DNA of 64,000 bases from the NCBI RefSeq assembly GCF_035084215.1, contig NW_027138569.1, positions 310,001 through 374,000 on the forward strand, given 5' to 3'. Origin of the DNA: Heptranchias perlo. Lineage: Eukaryota. Below are positions 37,070-50,683 of this stretch, in pieces (position 1 is the stretch's first letter; each line of letters starts with the position of its first letter). A program made the position numbers and the translations under genes. Below the pieces are notes generated by a model. That model worked only from the letters and a program-made list of their open reading frames with translations. It was not told the DNA's origin and made no database searches.

Positions 37070-40000
37070 ACAGGGCTACAAAAAGAGAGAGCGAAAGTGG
37101 GATTCGTTTGGGATTGATACAGGGCTATGTGGAAAGAGAGGGGCATTGAGATTAGTTTTCGATTGATACAGGGCTTTGGGCAGATAGCGAGATAGTGGGA
37201 TTAGTTTGGGATTAATACAGGGCAATGGAGTGAGAGCAGGGCAGTGGGATTAATCTTGGATTGGTACCGTGCTACGGGGAGAGAGGGTGTCAGTGCGGGT
37301 AGTATAGGCTTGAAATAGAGTTATGGGAAGATAATGTGGCTTAATTGGATAGCTCTTTCAAAGGAAGCAGCACAAGCACGATCGGTCGAATGGCCTCATA
37401 CTGTGCTCCGTCATTTTTTGCTTCTATGGTCCTGTGATTGATACAGGGTTATGGGAAGAGTGTGGTAAGTTTCAGTTTGATACAGGGCCATGGCTTGAAA
37501 GTGGGACAGTTGGATTAGTCTTGGATTGATACACATTTACCCTCAAAGAGAAGGGCAGTGGGATTATTTGAGTTTGATACGGGGCCATATCAAAGAATAG
37601 GGCATTGGGATTAGATTGGAATTGATAAAGGACAATGGGGAGAAAGCGGAGAGTGTGATTAGTCTGGGATTGAAGCAGGACTATGAGGAGAGAGGGGTTC
37701 AGTGAGATTAGTCTGAGATTACAGCAGGACTATGAGGAGAGAGGGGGTCAGTGGGATTAGTCTAGGATTGATTCATGACTGTGAGGAGAGAGGGCGTCAG
37801 TGGGATTAGTCTAGGATTGATTCAGGACTATCAGGAGAAAGGGGGGTCATTGTGATTAATCTGGGATTGATTCAGGACAATGAGAGAGGGGGTCATTGGG
37901 ATTAGTCTCGGATTGATTCAAGACTATAAGGAGAGAGGGGGTCAGTGGGATTAGTCTGGGATTGATTCACGACAATGATGAGAGAGGGGGTAAGTGGGAT
38001 TCGTCCAGGATTGATTCAGGACTATGAGGAGAGCGGGGGTCATTGTGATTTGTCTAGGATTGATTCAGGACTATGAGGAGAGAGGGGGTCAGTTGGATTA
38101 GTTTGGGAATGACTCAGGCCCATGTGGAGAGAGAGGGTCAGTGGGATTAGTCTGGGATTGATTCAGGACTATGGGGAGAGAGTAGTTGAATGGGAATAGT
38201 CGAGGATTGTTTCAGGACGATAAGGAGAGAGGGGGTCAGTGGGATTAGTCTGGGATGTAATCAGGATATGGGGAGAGAGCGGTTCAGTGCGTTCAGCCTC
38301 GGATTGATTCAGGACCAAGGGGCGAGAGGTGGACACCAGGATTAGTCTAGGATTGAAGCAGGACTATGTGGAAAGAGGTGGTCAGTGGGATTAGTCTGGG
38401 ATTGATTCAAGACTATGCGAAGAGAGGGGGTTAGTGGGATTAGTCCGGGATTGATGCGGGACTATGGGGAGAGAGGGGCTCACTGGGATTAGTCTGGGAT
38501 TGACTCATGACTATGAGGAGAGAGAATCAGTGCGATTAGTCTGGGATTGATTCAAGACTGTGAGGAGAGAGGGGGTCAGTTGGATTATTCTGTGATTGAT
38601 GCAGGAGTATTAGGAGAGAGGGGGTCAGTGGAATTAGTCTTGGATTGAATCAGGACTATAAAGAGAGAGGGGGTTCAGTGGGATTAGTCTGGGATTGATT
38701 TAGGATATGGGGAGAGAACGGGTCAGTGAGATCAGTCAAGGATTGATTCAGGACTATGAGGAGAGAGGGGTTCAGTGGGTTTAGTCTGGGACTGATTCAG
38801 GCCTATGAGGAGAGAGGGGGTCAGTGGGATTAATCTGGAATTGTTGCAGGACAATGAGGCCAGAGGACAGAGGGGCTCAGTGGGATTAGTCTGGGATTGG
38901 TGCAGGTCTATGAGGAGAGAGGTGGTCAGTGGCATTAGTCTGGGATCGATTCAGGACTATGAGGAGAGAGGGGGTCACTGGGATTTGTCCGGGATTGAAT
39001 CAGGACTATGAGGAGAGAGGCTGACAGTGTGATAAATCTTGGATTGATTCAGGACAATGAGGAGAGAGGGGGTCAGTTGTATTTGTCTGGGATTGATTTA
39101 GGATATGAGGAGAGAGGGGGTCAGTGGGATTAGTCTCGGATTGATTAAGGACAATGGGGCGAGAGGGGGTCATTGGGTTTATTCTGGGATTGAAGAGGAG
39201 TATGTGGAAATAGGGGGTCAGTGTGATTAGTCTGGGTTTGATTCAAGAATATTAGAAGAGAGCGGGTCAGTGTGATTCTTCTGGGATTGATTCAGGTCGA
39301 TGAGGAGAGAGGGTGTCAGTGGGATTAGTCTGGGATTGATTCAGGACTGTGAGGCGAGAGGGGATCAGTGGGATTAGTCTGGGATTGATTCAGGACTATG
39401 AGGAGAGAAGTGATCAGCGCGATTATTCTGTGATTGATTCAGGACTATGAGGAGAGAGGGGATCAGTGGGATTAGTCTGGGATTGATTCAGGACTATGAG
39501 GGGAGAGGGGGTCAGTTTGATTATACTGTGTTTGCAGCAGGACAAGTGGTGAGAGGTGGTCATTGCGATTAGTTTCGGATTGATTCAGGACCATGGGGAG
39601 ATAAGTGGTCAGTGGGATTAGTCTGGGATTAATTCAGGAATATGCGGAGAGAGGGGGTCAGTGGGATTATTCTAGGATTGATTCAGGACTATGAAGATAT
39701 AGGGGGTCAATGGGATTAGTTTAGGATTCATTCAGGATTAGAGGGAGAGAGGAGATCAGTGGGATTAGTCTGGGATTGATTCAGGACTATGAGGAGAGCG
39801 GGGGTCAGTGGAATTAATCTGGGATTGATTCAGAACTATGAGGAGAGCGGGGGTCAGTGGGATTAGTCGAGGATTGAATCAGGACTATAAAGAGAGAGGG
39901 GGTTCAGTGGGATTAGTCTGGGATTGATTTTGGATATGGGGAGAGAACGGGTCAGTGAGATCAGTCAAGGATTGAATCAGGACTATGAGGAGAGAGGGGC

Positions 40001-41660
40001 TCACTGGGATAGTATGTGTTTGATTCAGGACTATAAGGAGAGAGAGGGTCAGTGGGATAAATCTTTGATTGTTTCAGGACTATGAGGAGAGAGGGGGTCA
40101 GTTGGATTAATCTGGGATTGATTCAGGAATATGGGGAGAGAAGGGACAGTGGGATCATTCTGGGATTGAAGAGGAGTATGTGGAAACAGGGGGTCAGTGT
40201 GATTAGTCTGGGTTTGATTCAAGAATATTAGAAGAGAGCGGGTCAGTGTGATTCGTCTTGGATTGATTCAGGTCTATGAGGAGAGAGGTGGTCAGTGGGA
40301 TTAGTCTGGGATTGATTCAGGACTATGAGGAGAGAGGGGATCAGTGGGATTAGTCTGGGATTGATTCAGGACTATGAGGGGAGAGGGCATCAGTGGGATT
40401 AGACTGGGGTTGATTCAGGACTATGAGGAGAGAGGTGGTCAGTTTGATTATTCTGTTTTTGAAGCAGGACTACGAGGTGAGAGGTGGTCATTGGGACTGG
40501 TTTCGGATTGATTGAGGACTATGGGGAGAGAAGTGGTCAGTGGGATTAGTCTGGGATTGATGCAGGACTATGAGGAGAGAGGGGCTCACTGGGACAGTCT
40601 GTGATTGATTCAGGGCCATGGGGACAGAAAGTTTCAGTGGGTTTAGTCTCGGATTGAATCAGGACTATGAAGAGATAGGGGGTCAATGGGATTAGTCTCG
40701 ATTTCATTCAGGATTAGGGGAGAGAGGAGATCAGTGGGATTAATCTAGGATTGATTCAGGACTATGAGGAGAGCGGGGTCAGTGGAATTAGTCTGGGATT
40801 GATTGAGAAGTATGAGGAAAGCGGGGGTCAGTGAGATGAGTCTGGGATTGATTCAGGACTATGAGGAGAGAGTGGGTCAGTGTGGTTATCTAGCATTGAT
40901 TCAGGACGATGTGAAGAGAGGTGGTTCGTGGGATTAGTCTAGGATTGATTCAGGACTATGAGGATAGAGGGGGTCAGTGGGATTAATCTGGGATTGATGC
41001 AGGACTTTTCGGAGAGAGGGTATCAGTGGGATTAGTCTGGGATTGATGCAGGACTATGAGGAGAGAGGAGCTCACTGGGACAGTCTGTGATTGATGCAGG
41101 ACTTTTGGGAGAGAGGGTGTCAGTGGGATTAGTCTGGGATTGATGCAGGACTATGAGGAGAGAGGGGCTCACTGGGACAGTCTGTGATTGATGCACGACT
41201 ATGAGGAGAGAGGGGGGCAGTGGGATTAGTCTGGGATTGATTCAGGACGATGAGGAGAGTGGCCGTCATTCGGATTAGTCTGTGATTGATTCACGACGAT
41301 GAGGAGAGAGTGGGTCAGTGGGATTAGTCTGGGATTGTTGCAGGACTATGGGCAGACAGTGGGGCATTGGGATTAGTTTGGACTTGTTGCAGGACTATGG
41401 GGAGAGAGCGGGGCAGTTGGATTAATTTGGGTTTGATTCAGGACTATGGGGAGAGGGCGACGCAGTGGGATTAGTTTGGGATGGATGCAGGACTATGGGG
41501 TGACAGTGGGCGAATGGGATGAGTTTGGGATTGATACAGGACTGTGGGGAGACAGCGGGCCAGTGAAATTAGTTTGGGATTGATGCAGGAATATGGAGAG
41601 ACAGAGGGCCAGTGAGATTAGTTTCAGATTGTTGCAGGAATATGGGGAGAGAGGGGGCCG
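37070..41660. repeat. G-rich ~49-bp satellite array (~4.5 kb) derived from a CR1 3' end
   Basis: Consensus GTGGGATTAGTCTGGGATTGATTCAGGACTATGAGGAGAGAGGGGGTCA. Edge monomers resemble the CR1 3' motif GATACAGGGCTATGGGGAGAGAGCGGGGCAGTGGGATTAG. Confidence 0.95.
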
Positions 41661-42230
41661 ACGCAGTTTCTTTGTGTATGTCGGTAATCGAAGCAAAATT
41701 TCTGTTACCGGTCAATGATACCGATTAAGTGAAAAAGAATTGAAAGGCAAGTCGCTTTTTAAAAAAATGAATGTATAAATGCTTTTTACTGTAGAGAATA
41801 ACAGAAATAACATCTCTGGGCAGCGCCGTGTGTCGGTACACGTCGACAATAATTAATGGTTTCTCAGTAAGTTTCCTGTTTTGTTGGACTCTGTGTCGCC
41901 ATGGAAATCGTTCACCAACGTTATCATCAGCATTTCGTTTTCCTGAGCTGCTTCCGCTGCTTGATCAAGAAGTCTCAGTAACAAAAAAGCGAGCGATTAA
42001 TCTTTCTCATCAAATCGCTGACATTTAACTGCCGCAATGTGTACGATAACAGTGGGTCAGAAAAAAAATAATAAAATCGCTTCTCAGAATTGTGGACGAT
42101 GTCAATTTCACTACATATTTTTACAAAAAAGATTTGTACTATATCTATCCCGCTATCCCCAATAAATTCCATTGCTGCAACCCGCACTGTCCGGATTTTC
42201 CTTTCTTGAAACATTACTCCCCTGTCGAGT

Positions 42231-42417
42231 TCACTGCTTTTACTCAGCCCGGGGTGTGCTCCACACTGGGGAGACCAAACGCACATCAGGTCACTGCTTT
42301 TACTCAGCCCGGGGTGTGCTCCACACTGGGGAGACCAAACGAACATCAGGCCACTGCTTTTACTCAGCCCGCGGTGTGCTCCACACTGAGGAGACCAAAC
42401 GCACATCAGGTCACTGC
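42231..42417. repeat. 60-bp tandem repeat, 3 near-identical copies
   Basis: TCACTGCTTTTACTCAGCCCGGGGTGTGCTCCACACTGGGGAGACCAAACGCACATCAGG at 42231, 42291 and 42351. Confidence 0.95.
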
Positions 42418-42687
42418 ATTGCCCAACACATTCGTTCTGTCCTCCATTGTGACAAGGACTGCTACGTTTTTCAACACATTCACCACCCTGTACCATATAT
42501 TAGTGAATACACAAAGACAGAACTGTCCAAAATTATAGTTTAAACATAATATTCAATGTAAACCAGACGGCAGGAGATCTTAACACGGCCTGAACCTGGA
42601 AGTGTATTTAATCGTTTGTGTTTTAACAATCTGGATAATTGCCTCCCATTCGGATCAATGAAACTTCTATTATATTGATTATTAATT

Positions 42688-42935
42688 CTTATTATTGTTA
42701 TTAATATTACTACTGTTATTGTTATTATTACTGTCCTTACTATGGGGAGACAGCGGGCAAGTGTGGCGAGTGGATGACCACACATTTGTCATTATTGTTA
42801 TTACTATTATTATCATTGCTGTTACTATTACTGTTATTACTAATATTATCATTATTTTTATTATTACTGTTAATACTATAATTAATATTAATGTTATTAT
42901 TACTGTTATTACAATTACTTTGTTTACTATTATTG
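42688..42935. repeat. Degenerate (ATT/ACT/GTT)n microsatellite
   Basis: Trinucleotide low-complexity tract; source of the spurious poly-I/N ORFs. Confidence 0.9.
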
Positions 42936-43474
42936 CTGCACAACACCAGGCCACAAGACGGCAAAGCCTGCAGCCAAACGGTGACCGTCGCTCCACGGGC
43001 GATGTGATGAGATTTGAAACTTCACAGAATCACATTTCACAATTCCGTGCGGTAACGTTGTGATCACTTATTCAGCGCACGAACATGTATGAAAGTTTCT
43101 TACCGTGTTCTATATTTTCCGGGACTGTACTCACTTATCATTCACGGCTGCCCGGCCTGTGCTGCCTTGGTTGGAGTGACAGTGGAACCGTTCCAATTGG
43201 CCTCTGAGCTTTTTGCCTGCGGAGCACAACCCGCTCTTTGCTTCCTGCTGTCTCCGCGACCCTGCGACTCCAGTTAATAAAAAGATTGAAGCGCCCCTGG
43301 CGGATGAAAAGGTTATTCACCCTTATCCCTCCAATCAGGCATGAAGAATAGGCACTTCGTTATGACCTGGAACCTGTCAGTGTTTGAGGAAACGTAACCC
43401 AGCGAGGCCTGTTACCTTCAGCCGAAGGAGGATGAAAGTGAAGGCGGCGTTTGATAGGAGCAAGCGATATTACA

Positions 43475-43915
43475 GAGTATTACATAGGATTTACAGCACA
43501 GAAACCGGCCATTTCGCCCGATAGGCCTATGTCGTTGTTTACGTTCCACACGGGCATCCTCCCAATTATTTCATCTCATCCTATCATCATATCCTTCTAT
43601 TTCTTTCTCCCTCATGTAGTTATCTAGCTTCCACTTAAATGCATCTGTACTATTCGCCTCAACCATTCCATGTGGTAGCGAGTTCCATATTCTGATCATG
43701 ATCTGGCTAAAGTAGATTCTCCTGAATTCCCTGTTGGATTTATTGGTGACTATCTTTTTTATATGGCCCATAATTTGAACAGTTTTGGACTCCACCACAA
43801 GTGGAAACCTATTTTCTACATCTGCCCGAGAGAACCACTCCCTAATTTTAAAGACCTCTGTCAGGTCACCCTTCTCTTTTCGAGAGAAAATAGCCACAGC
43901 CTGTTTAATTTTGAT
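43475..43915 (-). mobile_element. CR1 LINE 3' end
   Basis: - strand GDLTEVFKI...IWNSLPHGMVEANSTDAFKWKLD; same subfamily as 1-1135. Confidence 0.82.
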
Positions 43916-44292
43916 GTAAGATGGCTGTCCACAAACATAACTGAGAGTTTCAACAGATGCCTTCAGTGACAGTAGATTATAAAAGGAGGATTAATAAAAC
44001 AAATAATTCAATGATTTCCAGCTTATTCAATATTAACAAATTGAGGGCACAATTCAAAGGCGATTGTTATGGCCCAGAAACCCGACTTTAATGAAAGGAA
44101 AGAAGGAATTTTGTTTCTAAATAACAATTTGCTACGCCCTCTGCGCACTTCATAACCAACGTATATTTTTGCTTTAGATACAGAATGCTGTTTGATCACA
44201 CCCATCAGTGAATGGTCTGTTAATATGATCGTGGTGGCGTTAGCCGAGGGAGAATGATAGCTGGCACAGAGCTCAATCACTTTCTCTCCTTT

Positions 44293-44760
44293 CAATAGAT
44301 CAATAGGATCTCAATGGATTGATAGGATCTCAATAGAGCAATAAGATCTCAATAAAGTGATAGGATCTCAAAAGATTGATAGGATCTCAATAGTGATAGG
44401 ATCTCAATTGATTCATAGGATCTCAATAGAGTGATAGTATCACAATAGAGCGAAATGATCTCAATAGAGTGACAGAATCTCAAGTGGAGCGGTAGGACCT
44501 CAATAGGGTGATCGGGTTTCAATAGACTGAAAGGATCAAAATAGAATGATACGATCTCGACAGAGAGATAGGATCTCCATAGAGTGATAGGATCTCAATG
44601 GAGTGATACGATCTCAATAGAGAGATAGGATCTCGTTAGAGAGATAGGATCTCAATAGAGTTTTAGGACCTAAATAGAATGCTATGATCTCGACAGAGAT
44701 AGGATCTCCATAGAGTGATAGGATCTCAATGGAGAGATCGGATCTCAATCGAGAGATAGG
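44293..44760. repeat. ~19-bp minisatellite, ~24 copies
   Basis: GAGTGATAGGATCTCAATA units. Confidence 0.9.
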
Positions 44761-44820
44761 ACCTACCCGATAACACTTTTGACCAGTTTGCTGTCGTCAG
44801 TCCCTGTCTCATTTAATTAA

Positions 44821-45020
44821 GATGTGGAGATGCCGGTGATGGACTGGGGTGGACAAATGTAAGGAATCTTACAACACCAGGTTATAGTCCAACAAATTTA
44901 TTTTAAAATCACAAGCTTTCGGAGATTATCCCCTTCATCTGACGAAGGGGATAATCTCCGAAAGCTTGTGATTTTAAAATAAATTTGTTGGACTATAACC
45001 TGGTGTTGTAAGATTCCTTC
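44821..45020. mobile_element. Fold-back Penelope pseudo-LTR derivative with 76-bp perfect inverted arms and TSD
   Basis: Arms 44861-44936 and 44944-45019 are exact reverse complements with a 7-nt centre; flanked by the direct repeat (TC)ATTTAATTAA at 44809-44820 and 45019-45030. Confidence 0.88.
44935..44971 (+). ncRNA. Minimal type I hammerhead ribozyme in fold-back Penelope derivative
   Basis: TCAT-CTGACGA-aGGGGAtaaTCTCC-GAAA-GC-TT-GTGA. Confidence 0.68.
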
Positions 45021-45029
45021 ATTTAATTA

Positions 45030-48000
45030 AAGTTACCTTACCATAATTTAAAATCTTAGTAACTGTTACGTTTCTCCGTTTCAATCCTAATATTGAATTC
45101 GATCATATTATGACCACTGACAGAAAATGTTCACTTACTGTTGGATTTTCAAGTCTGTCTGGCTCTTTATTCATTATTAATCTAGTCTGACCTGGCCTAT
45201 TGTTGGTGCGATAACATTTGGCTCTAGAAAGTTATCTTGAATGCACTCAAGAAATTCACTTCCTGTCTGACTTGATCTACTCGGCTCTTCCCAATCTAAA
45301 AGAAAAACATCTCTGCTTTTGTTACAAGCCTCTCTAGTCGCTGAATTACATGGAATTAGACAGGATTTACAGGGCATGAAACAGAACATTCGGCCCAACA
45401 TGTCCAAACCTGTGTTTATGATCCACACGAGCTCTACCCTTCTTCATCTGACCCCATCAACATATCCTTATATTCCTTTCTCCATCGAGTGTTTATCCAG
45501 CTTCGCCTTAAATACGTATTTGCTACTCGACTCAATTGTTCCTTGTGGAAGCGAGTTCCACATTCTAACCACTCCCAGGGTAAAGATGTTTCCCCGGAAT
45601 TCCCTACTGGGTTTATTGGTGACTATCTTATATTGATGGCCCCGATTTCAGGTCTCCCCCGCAAGGGGAAACATCTTCTGTTCGTCGACCCTACCAAGCA
45701 CTTTCATGATCATAAAGACTACTTTCGGTCACATTCAGTCTTGTCCTTTGAAGATAAGAGAGCCTCAGCCTGTTCAGTCTTTCTGAATAGGTATAAACTC
45801 TCAGTTCCGGTATCATCCAATTAAATATTTTTTGCAACTTCACCATTGCCTCGATATCCATTTTATAATATGCATACAAGAACTGTTCACAGTACTACAA
45901 GCGTGGTCTAACAAAGGTTTTATTCAAGTTTAAAACAACTTCCTTGATTTACAATTCTATCCTTTTAGAAATGAACACAGGAACATAGGAAGAAAGGAAT
46001 AGGATTCGGCCATTCAACCACTCGGGCCTGTTCCGCCATTCAATGAGATCATGGCTGTTCTGTGACCCATCTCGATATGCCCGCCTTAATCCCATATCCG
46101 TTATAACCTTTGGTTAAAAAAAATTCTCTCACTCTCAGATTTAAAATGAACAATCGAACAAGCATTAACTGCCGTTTGTGAAAGTTCCAAAATTTAACAA
46201 CCCTTTGCGTGAGGAAGTGTTTCCGAACTTCAATCCTGAAACCCAGGCTCTAATTTTAGGAACATAGGAACACAGGAACATAAGTAGATCATTCAGCCCC
46301 ACGTGCCTGCTCCGCCATTTGATAAGATCATGGCTGATCTGTGATCGAGCTCCATATACCTGCCTTTGGCCCATATCCCTTAATACCGTTGGTTGCCAAA
46401 AAGCTATCTGTCTCACTTTTAAATTTACCAATTGATTTGGTACCAATTGCCGTTTTGCAGAAGAGAGTTCCAAAGTTCTAGGACCCTTTGTTTGTAGAAA
46501 TGTTTTGTAATCTCACTCCGAAAAGGTCTGGCTCTAATTTTTAGACTGTGCCGCCCTCCTCCGAGAATCCCCAACCAGCGGAAATAGTTTATCTACATCC
46601 TCCATATCCGTTCCCCTTAACATCCAATAAAAGTCGATCAGATCACGCCTTAACCTTCTAAACTGTAGGGAATACAACCCCAATTTGTGTAATCTCTCCT
46701 CGTAACTTAACCCTTGAATTCCGGGTATCATTCCAGTAAACCTACGCTGCAATCCCTCCAAGGCCAATCTGTCCTTCCGAAGATGCGGTGCCCAGAACTG
46801 CTCACAGTACTCCAGGTGCGGTCTAACCAGGGTTTTGTATCGCTGCAGCATAACTTCTGCCCCCTTGTACTCCAGTCCTCCAGATATAAAGGCCAGCATT
46901 CCATTAGCCTTCTTGATTACTTTCTGCACCTGTTCATGACACTTCAATGATCTATGCACCTGAACCGCTAAGTCCCCTTGGACATCCACTGTTTAAATTT
47001 TTTTTACCATTTGGAAAGTACCCTGTTCTCTCATTTTTTTGATCCAAAGTGGATGACCTCACATTTGTCGACATTGAATTTCATTTGCCACAGTTTTGCA
47101 CATTCAGCAAATCTATCAATATCGCTTTGTTATGTTATGTTTTCATTTACACTGCTTACAATGCCACCAATTTTTGTGTACTTTGGCAAACTTAGATATG
47201 AGACGTTCTAAACCTTCATCTAAGTCGTTAATAAATATTGTGAATAATTGAGGCCCCAAGACAGATCCCTGCGGGACTCCACTAGTCACATCCTGCCAAT
47301 GTGATTACTTATCCATTATCCCTACTCTCTGTCGCCTTTCGCTCAGCCAATTTCTGAACCAAGCCCGTACTTTTCCCTCGATTCCATGGGCTTCTAACTT
47401 AGCTAACAGTCTCTTATGTGGGACCTTATTAAATGCCTTCTGGAAGTCCATATAAATAACATCCATTGACATTCCCCGTTCCACTACGTTAGTCACCTCT
47501 TCAAAAAATTCAATCAGGTTTGTCAGGCACGACACACCTTTCCTAAATCCATGCTGGCTCTCCATGATTAACTGAAATTCTCGAGGTGTTCAGTCACGCT
47601 ATCATTAATTATAGACTACAGCAATTTCCCCACAACAGATGCTAGGCTAACTGGTCTATAATTCCCCGGTTTCCCTCTCTCTCCTTTCTTAAAAAGCGGA
47701 GTGACATGTACAATTTTCCAATCCAGAGGGACAGTTCCTGAATCTGGAGAACTTTGAAAGATTATAGTTAGAGCATCCGCAATGTGCTCACTTACTTCCT
47801 TTAAAACCCTGGGATGGAAACCATCTGGTCCTGGGAATTTCTCACCCTTTAGTGGTGTTATTTTCTTCATTGCTGTTGTTTTACTTATGTTAATTTTATC
47901 GAGTCCCTGTCCCCGATTCAATATTAGTTTACTTGCGATATGCGGCATCATATCCTCTTTTTCTACTGTAAATACTGACGCAAAGTCCGCCATTTCCACA

Positions 48001-48745
48001 TTGTCATTGACAATATCCTCACTTTCAGTTTTTAAGGGGTCAACACTGCTCCTGTCCACCCTCTTTTTCCTAATATAACCATAAAAGTTATTTGTATTGG
48101 TTTTGATATCCCTTGCAAGTTTCTTTTCAACTCTCTTTTTGTAGCTCTTACTATCTGTTTTGTGACCCTTTGTTGATCTTTGTATCTTTCCCATTCTCCA
48201 GGAACTGTGCCATTTTTTTGCCTATTGTATGCCCTTTCCTTACATCTTATACTGTCACGTACCTCTTTTGTTGTCCATGACTGTTTTTTTTGGCAAGTAG
48301 AGTTCTTGCCCCTCAGAGGTATACACCCGTTCTTTATCTCGTTAAATGTTTCTTTAAACATTTTTCACTGATCATCAGTCGTTTTACCCATTAACAGATT
48401 AGCCCAGTTTACTGTGGACAGTCTCTGTTTCATCACATTGAAGTCAGCCTTACCCAAGTCTAGAATCTTATCAGCCGACTCAACTTTTTCCCTTTCAAAC
48501 ATTACATTGAACTCGATCATGTTATGGTCGCTGTTGGATAGATGTTCGCGTACAGTTAAGCCGTTATTAAATCCACTTTATTATTCATTACTTAATCTAG
48601 CATGGCTTGACCCCTTGTTGCCTTTAGGACATACTGCTGTAGAAAACTATCCAGGACACAATCAAGAAATTCACTACCTTTCCGACAGTTGCTAGTCTAT
48701 TTTCCCAATCTATGTGAAGGTTAAAGTCCCCCATTAAGTCCATTA
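45030..48745 (-). mobile_element. Cluster of nested CR1 LINE fragments (largest ~46260-48745: endonuclease end to RT to 3' end)
   Basis: - strand [64 protein letters not shown]. Confidence 0.9.
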
Positions 48746-48939
48746 TGCCATTATATCTGAGGAATGAGAGAGGCTAAGACTGTATTTGAAGCGATCTATA
48801 GGCCTGCAGATAGCAGCAGTGAAGTGACACAGGGATATGGGGGTACAGATACACAAATCACTAAAAGTATCGATGCAGGTTAACAACGCCATATCAAAGC
48901 ATCAAAGCAATTAAATAGCTAGATGTGAGTAGGCAGTGC

Positions 48940-50520
48940 AGAATTTACGGATGTAAAAATGCGGATATTGGACAAGCATGTTGCAAAGACAGATTGGTTT
49001 AATTGGGGGATTTTAACTTTCATATAGATTGGGATAAGCAGACGAGCTCGTGTCAGAAAGCAGCGAATGTCTTCAGTGTGTTCAAAACAGCTTTCTTTAC
49101 TAATATTTCCTGGAACCAACAAGGGGACAGGACATATCAGCTGTAATAATTATTAAAGTGCCAGACTTAGTTAACAGCCGAAACGTACGTGAATATTTAT
49201 CTAATACCAATCATAATATGATCGAGTTCAACGTTGCGTTTGAAAGGGAGAAACCCGTAACAGCTGCTGAGATTCTAAGTCTAGGTCAGGCCGAACTCAA
49301 CGAGATGAGACAGACAATGTCCAAATTAAACTGAGCAAATCTGTTAATGGGTAAAGATAAAGATGATCAGTGGGAGGTGTAAAAAAAAAAGAATTTAACG
49401 TGATACTGAACCAATTTATACTCTTAAGGGGCGAGAGTTCAACTTGCCAAAAAAAACATGGGCGACAAAAGAGGTAAGGGACAACATGAAAATAAAAGAA
49501 AAAGCAGACAAAAAAGCAAAAAATAGCACGGATCCTGGCGAATGGGACAGATACAAAGAAGAGAAAAGGATGACAAAACAGATAGTAAGAGCCACAAGAA
49601 GGGTCCATGAAAAGAATCTTGCAAGGGATATCTAAATCAACAGCAAAAATGTTTACAATTATAATAGGAAAACGAGGGTGAACAAGAGCAATGTGGGCCC
49701 CTTAAAAACTGATACATTGTAATTGAAAATAAAGAAATGACGTGATGTTAAACCATTACTTTGCGTCACCATTTACAGTGGAGGAAGAGGAGAGCAACCC
49801 AAGGGAATTAATTTTGCATCAGGGACGGGGACGAGCAAATTAACAGCAATGAAGAAAATAATGACACGAAAGAGTGAAAAATCGCCAGGACCAAAAGATT
49901 TCCATCTGAGGGTTTAAATGAAGTAGGTGAGAACATTGCAGATGCCCTAACTATAATCTTCCGAAGTTCTTGATTGGACAATCGCACATGTTATTCCGCT
50001 ATTTATGGAAGGTGAGAGATGGAAACCGGGGAATTATACACCAGTTAGCCTAATGTTTCTTGTCGTGAAATTACAATACTCTATATTTAAGGATAGAGCA
50101 ACTGAACACGTTAAAACATTTCAGCTGATCAGAGAGACAGAGTATCGATTAGTAACGGGTAAGTCACGCCTGACAAATCTGATTTTTTTCAAGAGGTGAC
50201 TAAAGTGATGGACAGTTGACTGTCTATGGATGTTGTTTATATGAACTTCCAGAAGGCATTGGATAAAGTCCATTATAAGAGACTGTTAGCTAAAGTTGGA
50301 GCTCATGAAATTTAGCGCAATTTATTGACCTGGTTACAAAATTGGGTGAGCGGCAGCAGACAGAGAGTAAGGATAATATGCAGGTGCTCAAATTGGCACG
50401 ATATGGTTAATGGTGTCCCACAGGGATCATTTGTTAAGGATTTAAATGACGGGATACAGAGCCACATATCCAAATTTGCCGATGGCGAAAAGATAGGCAG
50501 CATTGTAGGCAGTACTGCAC
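48940..50520 (+). mobile_element. CR1 LINE ORF2 fragment, inverted relative to 46260-48745
   Basis: GDFNF..DW, KNSTDPGEWDRYK, KPGNYTPVSL, GVPQGS, SKFADG. Confidence 0.82.
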
Positions 50521-50683
50521 TGAAGTATCAGCCTCGATTATCTGCTCGAATCTCTGGATTGCGGTTTGACACAATAACCGTCTGGCTCAGAATCGAGAAT
50601 TCAACCGCTGAGCCAAGGCTGACAATTTAATGGAATAAATGTTAAAAGGAGCGAACGGGAGAACAGGACGACAATAGACAGCG

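Noticed and set aside
37070-41660. Ig class-switch region
   Set aside because: Lies 3' of TM2 with no downstream C gene in the window, lacks AGCT hotspots, derives from a CR1 tail, and sharks lack canonical switch regions.
42231-42417. Three D segments (TGTG-CTC-CACACTG looks like heptamer-D-heptamer)
   Set aside because: No ACAAAAACC-like nonamers at 12 or 22/23 spacing, poor 5' heptamer, near-identical units, and located downstream of the C region.
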